Below, piece after piece: positions 1 through 11,700 of a stretch of 64,000 nt of DNA. Location: contig NC_083226.1 in assembly GCF_032191835.1 (NCBI RefSeq), forward strand, positions 136,896,001 to 136,960,000, in the 5' to 3' direction. The stretch's first letter is position 1. The number at the start of each line of letters is the position of its first letter. This stretch comes from Heteronotia binoei. Taxonomy: Eukaryota. The position numbers and the translations under genes were made by a program. Under the pieces are notes generated by a model. It was given only the letters and a program-made list of their open reading frames with translations. It made no database searches and had not been told where the DNA came from.

Positions 1-880
1 CTTGCATTCATTGTTGGTGGGACTGTCCTAAAATCAAACCTTTTTGGTCACTAATTTGTGCTCATATTTCTTCTTCAATAAATGTACTAATCCCTGTTAC
101 TCTGGAGGTAATATTTCTCAATCACTGGTCAGGCATACAGATTACTCCTCCCAAAAAATCTTTAATTATCAAATTATTAACTATGGCAAAAACGTTGATT
201 GCACAAACCTGCCTGTCACTCGACTCCTGGTTTCTTAAGATCTGGGAACGTATTGCAATGGACAAAATTCAAGCTGCTTTAGATCAAATAGATCCCCTTC
301 AGGCTTACACCAACTATGTTGCAATATGGTTACCTATTCTGGAAAAACTAGATAGTGACCCATTTTATATTAACTCTCTTACCAAGAATACAACGTACAA
401 AGATCTTTTGTTGTTTTAAGTTTCTACTTGTAATAGCCTTCCCTTTTGGTCAACCAATGACCTAACATAAACAGCTTGCCCTGAGTATATCATTTTCTTT
501 TTCCCTTAGTTGTTGTGGTTATGTTATTAATTGAATTGTTGCACCTTATATATTGCCTTGGATCATATCTTAACATTAGTTGTGGTACACCAATAATAAT
601 ATATGACATGTCTCGGTACATAATGCTTTTCGTTAAAATTGTACTTACCATATGTTTGTATGATCCTTTCTATTTCAATAAAAACATTGAAACTTATATA
701 TTTATATTTATATATTTATATATTATGGCACCCAGTACAAGATTCCAGAATTGACACCATTCATAAAAAGAAGAGATACAGCACAAGCACTGTATTGAAC
801 TGAATGAATTTATTGCATATACAGGAATCAATTGAATACTGTCATGTTGCATTCTGAATAAATTTGTAACAATTCTAAAG
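1..880 (+). mobile_element. L1-clade LINE 3' remnant (ORF2 C-terminus plus 3' UTR), frameshifted
   Basis: From nt 2 reads CIHCWWDCPKIKPFW, the Cys-rich L1 ORF2 C-terminal motif. After a frameshift it continues AKTLIAQ...WFLKIWERIAMDK. An AT-rich tail with AATAAA follows (~858). Right boundary approximate. Confidence 0.7.
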
Positions 881-1671
881 AAACATATAAAAATTATAAA
901 GATACATTTTGGAAACAGCTAAAATTGTATTTTTAGTAATTCGACCACACTCTGTTATCATGTTATCATTGCTTATTCTGTGGTTCTCTCCGTTGTTTGT
1001 TTCCCTGAAGAAAATGGCTGCTTTAAAGAGTGGACTCTAGGGAATTGTACCATGCTGAGGCCCCTTCCCAAATCCTGCCTTCTTTCAGCTTCACCCCCAA
1101 AGTCTCCAGGTATTTTCCAACACAGACCTGGCAACCCTATCTCCCATTCAGATACTAACCACAAGCTTAGCTTCCCAAGCTCTAACAAGCTTGGGTTAAG
1201 CCAAGCTATCCAGGCGGCTAAGAATTTGTAGCCACAACAAAAACATCTGTATCCTTATACGGCTAATGTGTTTCAAGATCTTTTAAAGTGCTTTTTAAGG
1301 AAAAACATCAGCAAAGGCAGCAAACCGCAACAATCTTTTCACTTACAACCATGATGTCATTCATCATACTGGCAAAAGAAAATAAATTAGAGAACTGTCT
1401 GAGTGTTGGGGTGATGATTTGGAGATTAGCCAGGAAGGATAAATTAAAACCCATTACTATCTTTTTGACATTACTTTTCATTTGTGAGGTTAGGTCCAGA
1501 TGTCCTCTTCCTTTTAGCTAATAGTAATGCCTGATGTTAAAATGTCAAGTGTAGTTAGAGTTTGGTACATCCTTATTTAGATGGGCAAGGCAAGTTCCTT
1601 TTGAAGCCAGTCCTTACCACCTGCTTTTCCAGTCCAGGCAACACAACCTAAAGATCAGTTCTGGAAGAGAA

Positions 1672-1747
1672 ATGTACTTGTTTCTGCAGATGTTGTTTCT
1701 TTTGTTCAGTATATCCTGCACCTTATTCAGCACAGCAAGAGCAAAAA
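1672..1747 (+). CDS. F2R-like: PAR1-like receptor A, coding exon 1 (signal peptide)
   Basis: ATG 1672 encodes hydrophobic MYLFLQMLFLLFSISCTLFSTARAK, followed by the donor A|GTAAGT at 1748 (phase 1). Homologous to exon 1 of copy B (shared TTATTCAGCACAGCA and upstream TTCCAGTCCAGGCAAC). Confidence 0.85.
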
Positions 1748-2016
1748 GTAAGTACCACACAATAGAATGTGTCTATCATTTCAAATCTGCAGCTTTTGTA
1801 CATGGGGTGGGGGGGAGAGTTATGGTTCTCACACATTTTGCTTTAGTTCTTAGTGAAATTTCACTCATTATATTTCTAATGGCTGTACTACATTATATTT
1901 CTAATGGCTGTACAGAATGACAATGAAACTAAAAGAGAAAGGGGAGGCTAGCAGTAAGAATATTCCTGTTCTAGGAACATTTGCATGTCAGTGTATTAAG
2001 TCTGTGTACATAATGT

Positions 2017-2239
2017 CTCGTTATCTCTCTCATCTCTCGGCTTGGCTTCGCGAACGAAGATTTAAGAAGGATGCAATAGTCCACGTTTGCTGCAGGCTCG
2101 CTGGTGGCTGACAAGACCAATGTGGGACAGGCAGGTCCGGCCACAGCGGCTGCAGGGAAAAGTCTGATTTAGGGTTGGTCCTGTAGCAGTGCGATTCTTC
2201 CTCAATCTCCTTTTGTCCTCAAGACCAGCTATGCGTGCT
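2017..2239 (-). mobile_element. BovB-like RTE LINE, short 3' fragment
   Basis: Nearly identical to 32554-32760, the 3' end of the larger RTE. Flanked by GTACATAATGT / GTACTTAATGT (likely TSD). Confidence 0.85.
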
Positions 2240-2359
2240 TAATGTACTTAATGTAGAAAAGCCCCCTTTTTGTGCACAACTGTCCACACAGCACCCATAA
2301 CATCATTGTTTGTGCTCTGCTTCACAACATATTAATGAAAATTTGAGAGGAAAGGTGGC

Positions 2360-2530
2360 ATGGTATATCCTGATTTCATCAGATCTTGGATGCTAAACGG
2401 GGTCAATACTTGGATGGGAGACCACCAAGGAAGTCTCTGCAGAAGAAGGCAATGGCAAACCACCTCTTCTCACTTACCTTGAAATCCCCTTACTGGGGTC
2501 TCTATAAGTTAGTTGTGACTTGACAGTACA
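2360..2530 (+). mobile_element. 5S rRNA-headed Sauria-type SINE
   Basis: 5S-like head (CCTGATTTCATCAGATCTTGG...TACTTGGATGGGAGACCACCAAGGA) joined to a Sauria body (GAAGGCAATGGCAAACCACCTC...GACTTGACAGTAC). Confidence 0.65.
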
Positions 2531-2835
2531 TATTTAGGTAATGAGATTTTGCCACAGGACTGGGAAGAACTGGTCTGCCTGTTTCTCTCTTCCTGGCCAA
2601 GTCCTGGCCATTTGGCAATCCTGGGAAAATATCCTCCTCTTCCTTCTCCTGCGCTACATAAACTGGGATATGGATGCATTGTGATTATGCAAATTCAGCA
2701 TTTATTTTTAAATGACTGCAGTTTCAGGACGAAGAAATTTGTAAAGGGAAAATAGTAAAGATGTCTTCTACCATTGAAAGAGAACTAAAATGAAATATGC
2801 AGTTTAGTGATCTTGGCAAAGCTTTATTTCATTAT

Positions 2836-3420
2836 ATTATTTTTTTATTTTATAAACACAAAAAATAAATAACTTATTCCATAATAATACGAAACGAAAC
2901 TAGTCATATGAAAAACATGGACAATCACCTTATATAGACATAAACATAATATTAGACTATCACTTCTTCTACAACTACTTCATCTGACCTAAATATACAT
3001 AAACTACATGCTACAATAATCTAACTAATTGCAGTTGTCAATCAGAGCTTGCTTGCTTGCTTACATAAAACTTGTATATATATGCTATTAATTTTATACT
3101 TTTATTTACTTTTATATCTTTTCCTCATCACTTCATATCTAAGAATTCATTTTATAAGCATGTTACCTGACTTTCTTATCTTTCTCCACCTTAGTGATTT
3201 AATCCTGATTATCAGCTATATATTTGAAAAATGTGTTCCGTTTTTCTTGGAATCTAAAGTTGATCTGTTATGTGTATAAGATATAAGATGTTAGTTTTGC
3301 CATTGTCACATATTTGTTTAATTTGTTCTTCCATGTCATCCGTTCTGGACATTTCTCTGTCTTCCATTTTATCGCTAATGTTATCCTTCTGCTGTTATCA
3401 TATATTTAAATAGTTAAATA
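2836..3420 (-). mobile_element. L1 3' fragment (ORF2 end plus A-rich tail)
   Basis: Minus strand reads ...LAIKWKTEKCPERMTWKNKLNKYVTMAKLT, an L1 ORF2 terminal signature. T-rich tail at ~2840. Confidence 0.6.
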
Positions 3421-4019
3421 GTTAACTAACTCATGGATGCATTGTGATTATGCAAATTCAGCATTTATTTTTAAATGACTGCAGTTTCAGGGCAGGATAT
3501 AAATTCAATTAAAAATAAAAATAAAATATTCTCATGATATTACTTGGTAAGGCATTTAATAACGTACTTTGAGGGTTCATTGGAAACTTAAATTTTAATA
3601 ACTTTTGCATTTCATCATGGATTTCTATCCAATATAGTCTTGTTTTTTTACATATTCACCATATATAATAGAATGTTGTGTGTGTGTTCTATTATTATTA
3701 TTATTATTATCTGTTTCTTTATATTCTGCCCGTTCCTCATAGGGGCTCAGAGCGGAGTACAACATGAGGCCTTGCAAGTGCATTTCAGGAAATGAGTTTA
3801 AGTGTGTTGGAAAAGGCAATGTTTGGTGTGCAAAGAAGAGAAGAAGACCCTGCAGGGGGCAGCAAGAAGACAATTAGATAGGATTGTGAGGTCAGAGCTG
3901 TTATGTGGCATTCCTTGTCTGTCCCCAGATTACTACTCTCAGGGCAATTTCCCCCTTCTTCTTGGAAGTGCCACACTCAATCTTACCCCCTCTCTCTCTC
4001 AGCTAGAGATGTAGATTAA

Positions 4020-4640
4020 AGCTGGTAGCCATGTTGGTCTGAAGTAGAACATTTGAGTCCAGTGGCACCTGTAATACCATAAAAGTTTTATTCAAACTTT
4101 TGTGTGCGCACACACAACCATTACAAATAGAAAAGTGGGGGTAGTTGCCAGGAACAGCTAGTTAGAATCAAGATGCATAAGTAACTGGGCAAGTATAGCT
4201 GAGACTGAATTAAAGCAGTTGTTAAGATCTGTGAATGACAGTAAATTAGCATATACATATAAGAGTTAACAAACAGATGTGAGAATTAAATGTTGAGTCC
4301 AGTGATACCTTCAAGATCAACAAAATTCAGTTCGAGGCATAAGCAAGACATGAGAGATGTATGAACATGGTATAAGCAGTGTAGTTGCATGTGTATTGAA
4401 ACAGATGGGGGGCATTAATTGCCAGGAAAAGCTAATTAGAGTCAAGATGCATAAGTAACTGAGCAATAAATACAGCAATAAATACAGCTAAGATTGGAAT
4501 GACACATTTGGTATGATATATAAATAGCAGCAAATTGGCATACAGATAATAAAGATGTTAACAACAGGCATGAGAACTAAATTTGAGTTCAGTGACACCT
4601 TTAAGGCCAACAAGTTTAATTTCTGGGTATAAGTGAGAAC
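4020..4640. mobile_element. Penelope-like element remnants (tandem terminal fragments)
   Basis: Three copies of TTGAGTCCAGTG(G/A)CACCT..AAGA/CCAACAA. Same motif family at ~8910-9000, 12590-12640, 23830-23910, 30000-30090, 49780-49910, 54470-54650, 60180-60225. Family assignment is from memory. Confidence 0.45.
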
Positions 4641-4790
4641 TGAGTGACTTAGCATGTGTACTGATAAAAGAAGACAATATCTCTGTTAAGCCTTTAGAGT
4701 TCCATTGTCCTGAGCGCTGTAATAACTTCTAATTCAATAACCTGTTCCAGTCTGTTTCTGAAATTTCTTTGCAAAAAAACAGCTACTTTG

Positions 4791-5274
4791 AAAAGGGCAA
4801 CTAGAATGATTAAAGGGTGGAACACTTTCTCTATGAAGATAGGTTAAAACGCTTGGGGCTCTTTAGCTTGGAGAAACGTTGACTGCGGGGTGACATGATA
4901 GAGGTTTACAACATTATGCATGGGATGGAGAAAGTAGAGAAAGAAATACTTTTCTCCCTTTCTCACAATACAAGAACTCATGGGCATTCGATGAAATTGC
5001 TGAGCAGTCGGGTTAAAACGGATAAAAGGAAGTACTTCTTCACCCAGAGGGTGATTAACATGTGGAATTCACTGCCACAGGAGGTGGTGGCGGCTACAAG
5101 CATAGCCAGCTTCAAGAGGGGGTTGGATAAAAATCTGGAGCAGAGGTCCATCAGTGGCTATTAGCCACAGTGTGTGTGTGTGTGTATAATTTTTTTTGGC
5201 CACTGTGTGACACAGAGTGTTGGACTGGATGGGCCATTGGCCTGATCCAACATGGCTTCTCTTATGTTCTTATG
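4791..5274 (+). mobile_element. CR1 LINE 3' fragment in intron 1 of PAR1-like A
   Basis: Encodes MIEVYNIMHGMEKVEKE...WNSLPQEVV...ISGY*. Ends in the (TTCTTATG)n tail. Same family as 33604-38495 and 55671-57937. Confidence 0.95.
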
Positions 5275-6384
5275 AGGTCCCCTGTTGAGTTCCTTTGGAG
5301 GTTGAAATGCTTTACGGGTAGAGAGAACAAGAAATGTACTTAGGAACCTATCTCTGTCTCTCCTCTTTTCTATCAGGTATGTTAATTCCTAAATAAACCT
5401 TTATCTACTCTTTAATCAGGATGTGCACCTTTGCTGTGTTAATTACTCTGCCAACAAAGTGTAGGTGTCTCACAGAGCAATCTTAAGGAGAGCTAAATTC
5501 TTTGTAGCTCACTGATGTCAGTAGAAGTGTGTCACTTTTTGAGATTGTGCTGGCAGTAGACTTTTTGCTAATGTGTAGAATTCAAATTGAAGGTATAGTA
5601 GACATAAAGTGAACGGAACATGATAAGCTGCAGGTGCCAAGTAAAACCACTGATCCATCTACCTCACTGATATCTATTCCAACTAGCAGCAGGCATTTCA
5701 AGTAGAACAATGTCTTCACCAAGAGATGCTAAATGAGGGCCAAACTCATATTATGTTTTTTGATGAGACAGGACCAAATTGTCTTGACCTGACTTGCTTT
5801 CCATGAAGCCACACAATAGCTGCTTTTTTGTATTTTTTATGTGCACACATGTTTGCGTGTGTGTGTGTGTGTACCTGAAAGTCATGGTGACCTCTGGTGA
5901 CTGATCCCTACTGGGGCATGGAGAATACTCAGAGAGTTGGCTGAAGAAAGTCTGCCCTGTTCTCCTATCAAAAAACAAACTAGCAAACACCATATATGAA
6001 AAATGTAAACTTTAGAATTTTACTTTGTATATTGAGAAGCTGTACTTATAATAAACAATATATTACAAAACTATGTGTCTATCGGTTCTGTTAACCATCT
6101 ATAACAAATGCTATTGAGCTCAATAAATACATAATACGCAATAATTTACACTATATCAATGGAGTGGAAAATGGTAACTCTCTAATGTGTAGCCAGGCAG
6201 TATAGTCCACAATATAAACCCAGTGGATTATTTATCCTATATATATAGTCCTGTTTCAAGCCAGAGTTCTTTATCAAGGGTTTTTATAAATGTATAAGTC
6301 CTTTGTCTCCTGTTATGCTGGCCCAAAAAGGCTGCATTGCTATTGGCTCACATTGAGCTGCTCCATTGGCTGATCTCCTGGAGC

Positions 6385-6497
6385 TCCTTCTCTGTGGCAC
6401 TCCAAGGAGGGCTCCCATCCAAGTACTTGCCAGAGCTGGCCCAGCTTAGTTTCTGACTGACAAGATTGGGCTTGCCTGGGCTATCCAGGTCAGGGCC
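6385..6497 (-). mobile_element. 5S-derived SINE head fragment
   Basis: Reverse complement of the 5S-like head (CCCATCCAAGTACT...CCAGCTTAGTTTCTG...CCAGGTCAGGGC). Confidence 0.55.
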
Positions 6498-6959
6498 ACA
6501 GCAGCTACTATGAACGTTATTTTAAAGGTCTGCGGGGCCCCAATTTGGCTCTGAATGATGTAGGGGTAGGAGGGGCGTCTGCCTTCTCTGTGTGCCAGAC
6601 CTTGGAAGCAGTTTTTTGCCTCATATTGGAAATGTACATGCAGAATCACTCACTGAGGAAGCCAGGCATTGAACATGGGAACTTCTATATGCAAGATAAC
6701 ATGTTCGTCCACTAAAATACAATCTGGGCATAAAACGTTTCTCAAAGAACTAGATTTGTACTGTTTATTTATTATTTACAACCCCCTCAATTTTGTCAAT
6801 GTAAGAGGCATGGAATATAGAACAAGGCATTTTGGATGTTCTTCTCCCTAATAATAGAGGAACCCAAACTGAGAAGGTATAACAATTTTATCAACATGGA
6901 TTAATTTTTAAAAGCTTAAGTATTCCTATAATTGATTCACACAATACTTTCTCTTTCAG

Positions 6960-8128
6960 ATTCATCTTTACATGTTATGATTTTTTCCCATGCAATTACT
7001 GTTTTTAAAGTGAAGTCTGGAAATCAATCAAACAATTTTACTCAAACCACCACTTACATTAACATCTCAGAAGATGCTGAAAGATACCTGACTAGTGTAT
7101 GGCTGACCCGCTTTGCTCCTGCAGTGCACACTCTTGTTGTTGCATTGAGCCTCCCTCTGAACCTCATGGCAATCTTTATGTTTGTGATCAAAATGAAGCT
7201 TAAGAAACCAGCCGTTGTGTACATGTTCAACCTGGCTTCCGCTGATGTGCTCTTTGCGAGCGTGTTGCCTTTTAAAATTTCCTACCATTTTTCTGGACAC
7301 CACTGGACCTTTGGACCGGAAATGTGCCGCTTTGTCACTGCCACTTTTTTCTGTAACATGTACTGCTCCATATTGTTGATGACAGCGATAAGCATTGACC
7401 GCTTCCTGGCAGTGGTGTACCCAATGCAGGCTCTGTCATGGCGCACGGTCAGGGGTGCCTTTGTGGTGTGCTGTGTCATCTGGCTTGTTGCCATAGCTGG
7501 GGTTATACCTCTGGTTATCACAGAACAAACAAAGAGAATCCCTCAGTTAAACATCACTACCTGCCTTGATGTGCTCGATGTATCTATTGTTATGAAAATG
7601 TTTCATTATTATTTTCCTGCATTATCTTTTTTCTTCTTTTTTATACCAGTAATAATTTCTACCACCTGCTATGTGTGCATTATAAAAAAACTTAATTCAT
7701 CTAAAATTACTGCTACAAAGCCTGGTAAGAAGAGGCGGGCCAAACTCTTGTCTGCAGCTGTCTTGTGTTCTTTTATTTTTTGTTTTGGGCCAACGAATGT
7801 CTTAGTGGTGGTGCAAAGCTTCTTCTTTCCACCTGATCAACCACTGAAGAGTGTCTCTTATGCCATTATGCTGGCGATCTGTATGGGCACCATCAATTGT
7901 TGCATTGACCCCTTGATTTATTATTATGCTTGTTCTGAGTGTCGAAAGAAGGTCAAGAAGCTCCTGTGCCTTAAAGAGCATTCTGAGCTTGGAAAAGGAA
8001 GTCAGACAACCAGTAGTAGAATGGGAACTTTTTCTAATGATTTGAATCATTCAGTGAAGGTATGTACTTATGATGAGTCTGGCAACGTGGTGGGTGGAAA
8101 GTGCCATCCAGTTGCAGCCAATTTATAA
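6960..8128 (+). CDS. F2R-like: PAR1-like receptor A, coding exon 2 (7TM GPCR); spliced product 414 aa
   Basis: Acceptor CTCTTTCAG|AT at 6959/6960, phase 1, matches exon 1. PAR1-type motifs ISEDAERYLTSVWL, SLPLN, NLASADVLF, CNMYCSILLM, SIDRFLAVVYP, FGPTNVL, CCIDPLIYYYA. Stop TAA 8126-8128. Probably a paralog, not the thrombin-receptor ortholog. Confidence 0.93.
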
Positions 8129-8296
8129 TGGCCCATAGGGTTTTCAAGGCAAGAGATAAACAAAGGTGGTTTGCTATTGCTTGCCTCTGTGTACCACACT
8201 TGGATTTCCTTGGTGGCCTCCTATCCAAGTAGTAACCAGGGCCAACGCTACTTCGCTTCTGAGCTCAGGCTAGCCTGGACCATCCAGGTCAGGGCT
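8087..8296 (-). mobile_element. 5S-Sauria-type SINE overlapping the stop codon of PAR1-like A
   Basis: GTGGAAAGTGCCATCCAGTTGCAGCC...GGGTTTTCAAGGCAAGAGA...GGTGGTTTGCTATTGC is the antisense Sauria tail. CCTATCCAAGTAGTAACCAGGGCC...CCAGGTCAGGGC is the 5S-like head. Confidence 0.7.
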
Positions 8297-8413
8297 CTGA
8301 CATAATATACTAATTGTAAATCATAACTTTTGCATGTTAGAGATGTGAATGTAGTGGATGTCTTCAATTGATATTGTTGTGAAATTGTCTGGTTACTTAG
8401 AATGGGACTGTTA

Positions 8414-8788
8414 GGCTGATAACAGATGGCTGGAAATAGAGCCGGCTGGAAATAGAGCACCCTGGAGCTTCTGGATGGCGCTCGAAAAACGGGCAGGCCG
8501 TGGGCACCTGGAGAGCATCTGGAACACTCAAGCATCCTGTTCATGGCTCCCTGGGTGCTCTTCAGGTGCTCCCCAGCCTTCCAGATGGCCAGGAGCCATC
8601 TTGGAGATGCCCCAGCGAAAAGGCACCACTTTTGCCATGGTGCCTTTTTTGAGGTGGGTGGAGCGGCCTTGAGGACGGGGTGAATACATGATCAGGACAG
8701 CCACCAGATGTTGTCGTCTGGAAGGTTTTTTTGGGTCAACTTCAGAGGCGTCTCTGAGTCGACCCAAAGTGCCAGTCTGTAATCAGCC
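8414..8788. mobile_element. PIF/Harbinger-type MITE, 375 bp
   Basis: Imperfect ~19-bp TIRs GGCTGATAACAGATGGC / GCCAGTCTGTAATCAGCC with a TTA target duplication on both sides (8411-8413, 8789-8791). Confidence 0.8.
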
Positions 8789-11700
8789 TTACTGTGCCTA
8801 AAGCGACTGAGGAGGTACAACAAAAGAATGTGTTTCTCAGTGGCTGTAGATGTTTCTTCAATGTGTACTAATTGTTAGGAGAAAAGCTCCTGATGTTATT
8901 CATAGATTCAGAGGAGTTAGCCATGTTAGTCTGTTGCTGCAAAATAGTAGAGTCCTGTAGCACCTTGAAGATTAACAAATTTTATTATAGCATAAGATTT
9001 AAAGAAACAGGAAATTCCCCATTTGTCTGGTTAGCTCCATGAGGGTGGCTAGAAGATGTGAAATCTGTGGGAGGGGGGAAGCTACAGTCACTTCTCCCTG
9101 TGTTCTGTGGTGGCAAACAAAAGAGCTAGTGGCATCTTGGGGACTAAAGTCCCATCATGCATGTGATGCAAAGTCCTTGTGTGATGTGCAAAAAAATGCA
9201 AGGATTGGGGAGAGTTGAAATCTCCACTCTGCCATAAAACTTGCTGGGTAACCTTGGACCGCTTCATTTCTGTTAGCCTAAGCCAAGTTGCAAGTTTGTT
9301 GTGAGCATAAAATGGATGAGAGGAAGACAACATATGCTGCCCTGAACTCTTGAGTCCTTGGAGGAACTGTAGGATAGTTATGCAATAGGTGATGAAGATA
9401 CATAATTTTTAATTACTGATGGGTAGGCATGTTGGTTTGTAGCAGCAAATAAAGCACAAGTCCTCTAGATTCCAGTTTTATAGTTTGAGTATGGAGAAGA
9501 GAGAAACAGGACAGAGAATATGCTATGAACTGGCTGAAGTGTTTTAGACTGCTTCTCACTCATTCATCACTTACACATGAAGTTGCCTTATACTGAATCA
9601 GACTGTTGGTCCTTCAAGGTCAGTATTGTGTAGACTGACAGTGGTTATCCAGTGGTTCAAGCAGAGGCCTTTCACATCACCTGCTGCCTGGTCCTTTTAA
9701 TTGGAGATGCCAGGGATTCAATTTGTATAAATAAAGGAAATGTCACAACTCTCCAGACCTCTTCCCTGCTCTTTAACTGAAAGGAAACCAAATTCAGCTA
9801 GCCTCTGGAACTTCTCACTGCTGCTGGAAGTGGGAATCATCTAACAATATTCATATATTTCTGTCTCTAAGATATCATAAGATTATTTAGATAGTTATCA
9901 CACACAGTCCTGTGGTTTTGAGACACGTTATCCATTATTTTGTACCAATATGTAACATAAATAGGAAAAATATGCAATCCCCCTCATCTTTATCCCAAAA
10001 GCTTCAGTTATTTTCATTACATTCATTATTATTACCATTAACTTTCATTTGTTTTAATTTCCACTAGTTTCAATAGATATATATTTCTGTTTATAATGGA
10101 TCAGTTTTCCACTCTATTTGGATGTTCTCAGGGACTGTGTACTCCTTTCACAATAGACACCTGTCAAATTTTAGAAAGGTGGGAGAAAAGATTCCAGTAT
10201 TACAATAAATTAATTTTTTCACTTGACTGGCAAACATTTAGCATTCCCCAAAGACTGTCAGTCTTAAAGAATTAGTAGCGTTTGACCATCCAAGATGGTC
10301 AATATGACAGCACAGTCTACAATGATGGCTTGGCTCCACCAACAAGTCAGGCAACATAACAGGAATTAGAGAGATAAGCCTGTTACCCTAAGAAGGCAGA
10401 CACTAGTTTGCCTTTAACATCTACAAGAAGGCATGGTTTGCATCAGCACAATGGATTGGCTGCAGACTGGCATGTGGAATTCCAAGAAAGCCAATGCCAA
10501 GAAAGCCAAGAACAGGCAGGCAAAAACTGGCAACCTGGACCCAAGGGAAGTAACGTAGTATATTCAGGAGAATGTACAGAACATGGAATACATAGGAAAG
10601 CAAGTGGCAGTGGGGATACAGAAACTGAAAGCTTGCATCCTCAGCAAGACAAGGCAGCAGGGCATAATAAGCAGAGGTTGGCCTTTCCCCAAGTATTGAA
10701 GGGTGAACCATTAATGAAAGCTGCAAACATTTCTGTACAGTTCTCCCCTGTTACAAGATGTACTTCACTTCAATTATTAGGAAGGTACGATGGTAGTTTC
10801 ATACCTCCTTTGATGCTCACTCTGCTCTCTATCCAGATGCCATTGAAACTAATGAAATGTTCTGTTGTTTCATTTTGTTTTGTTGCAATAATTAATATAG
10901 GGATGTCCTCAGTTCACTTAAATTCGTTTCCAAATTAATTCGCATCCCTAGAGCTGTCATTCATGGCAGTTCTACACTACTGTGGCCATGCAAAATTGCC
11001 CCATTTTAAAGCATTCCACTTTAAGGCCTTGTCCATATCATGGAGTGCAACTCTCACAGGTCCCCCTCCCTGTTTATATATAGAAAGTTCTTTACAGGGC
11101 AGCAGGAGCCAAATTTTAGGCTTTTGCTCAAAATCAGATGTGCAACAGAAGATGAGGTTTTATAAGCCAATGTTATTTATTTGTCTGTTTTGTTTGTTTG
11201 TTTATGGAATTTCTGTCCTCATCAAGGCCACCAAGGCAAAATAGGATTGTACTCTATTGCACTCTTAATTGTATGTATCACTTTGCTCTTATTGCATTGT
11301 CTTCTCCCTTTGCCATTTTCTGCATCATTTTATAGTACATCGTGCCTTAAGACAGCTTTTATTTGTACTGTTTTCTAATTCTGTAATCCTAGACCTGGTC
11401 ATATTGCACAATTTATTAGATGTGCTGTTTGACTTAAATTTTAAAATATTGTATAAGTCATCTTGACACTCAGTAAGAAAAGCAAGGTCTGGTTGGATGG
11501 GCAGTGCCTGGTGATATTTCAAAAACTGGTGAACTGTGCTGGAAGGATTTCCAATAGCAGACAGAATGTGAGTTAAGGTGTACCTGAGTTTCCATTAACA
11601 CTTCCCTACTAAGTGCTTTGGCCAATAGCAACCCCTTAAAACCTGATTATAATTCCATAACTGTTTTCTATGGATGTATGATAAAATACACTGCCAATGT

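Noticed and set aside
9448-9453. AATAAA as the poly(A) signal of PAR1-like A
   Set aside because: Lies within a repeat fragment in AT-rich DNA; unsupported without 3'-end data.
10408-10938. 176-aa plus-strand ORF
   Set aside because: TTG start, no motif, mixed composition; probably chance.
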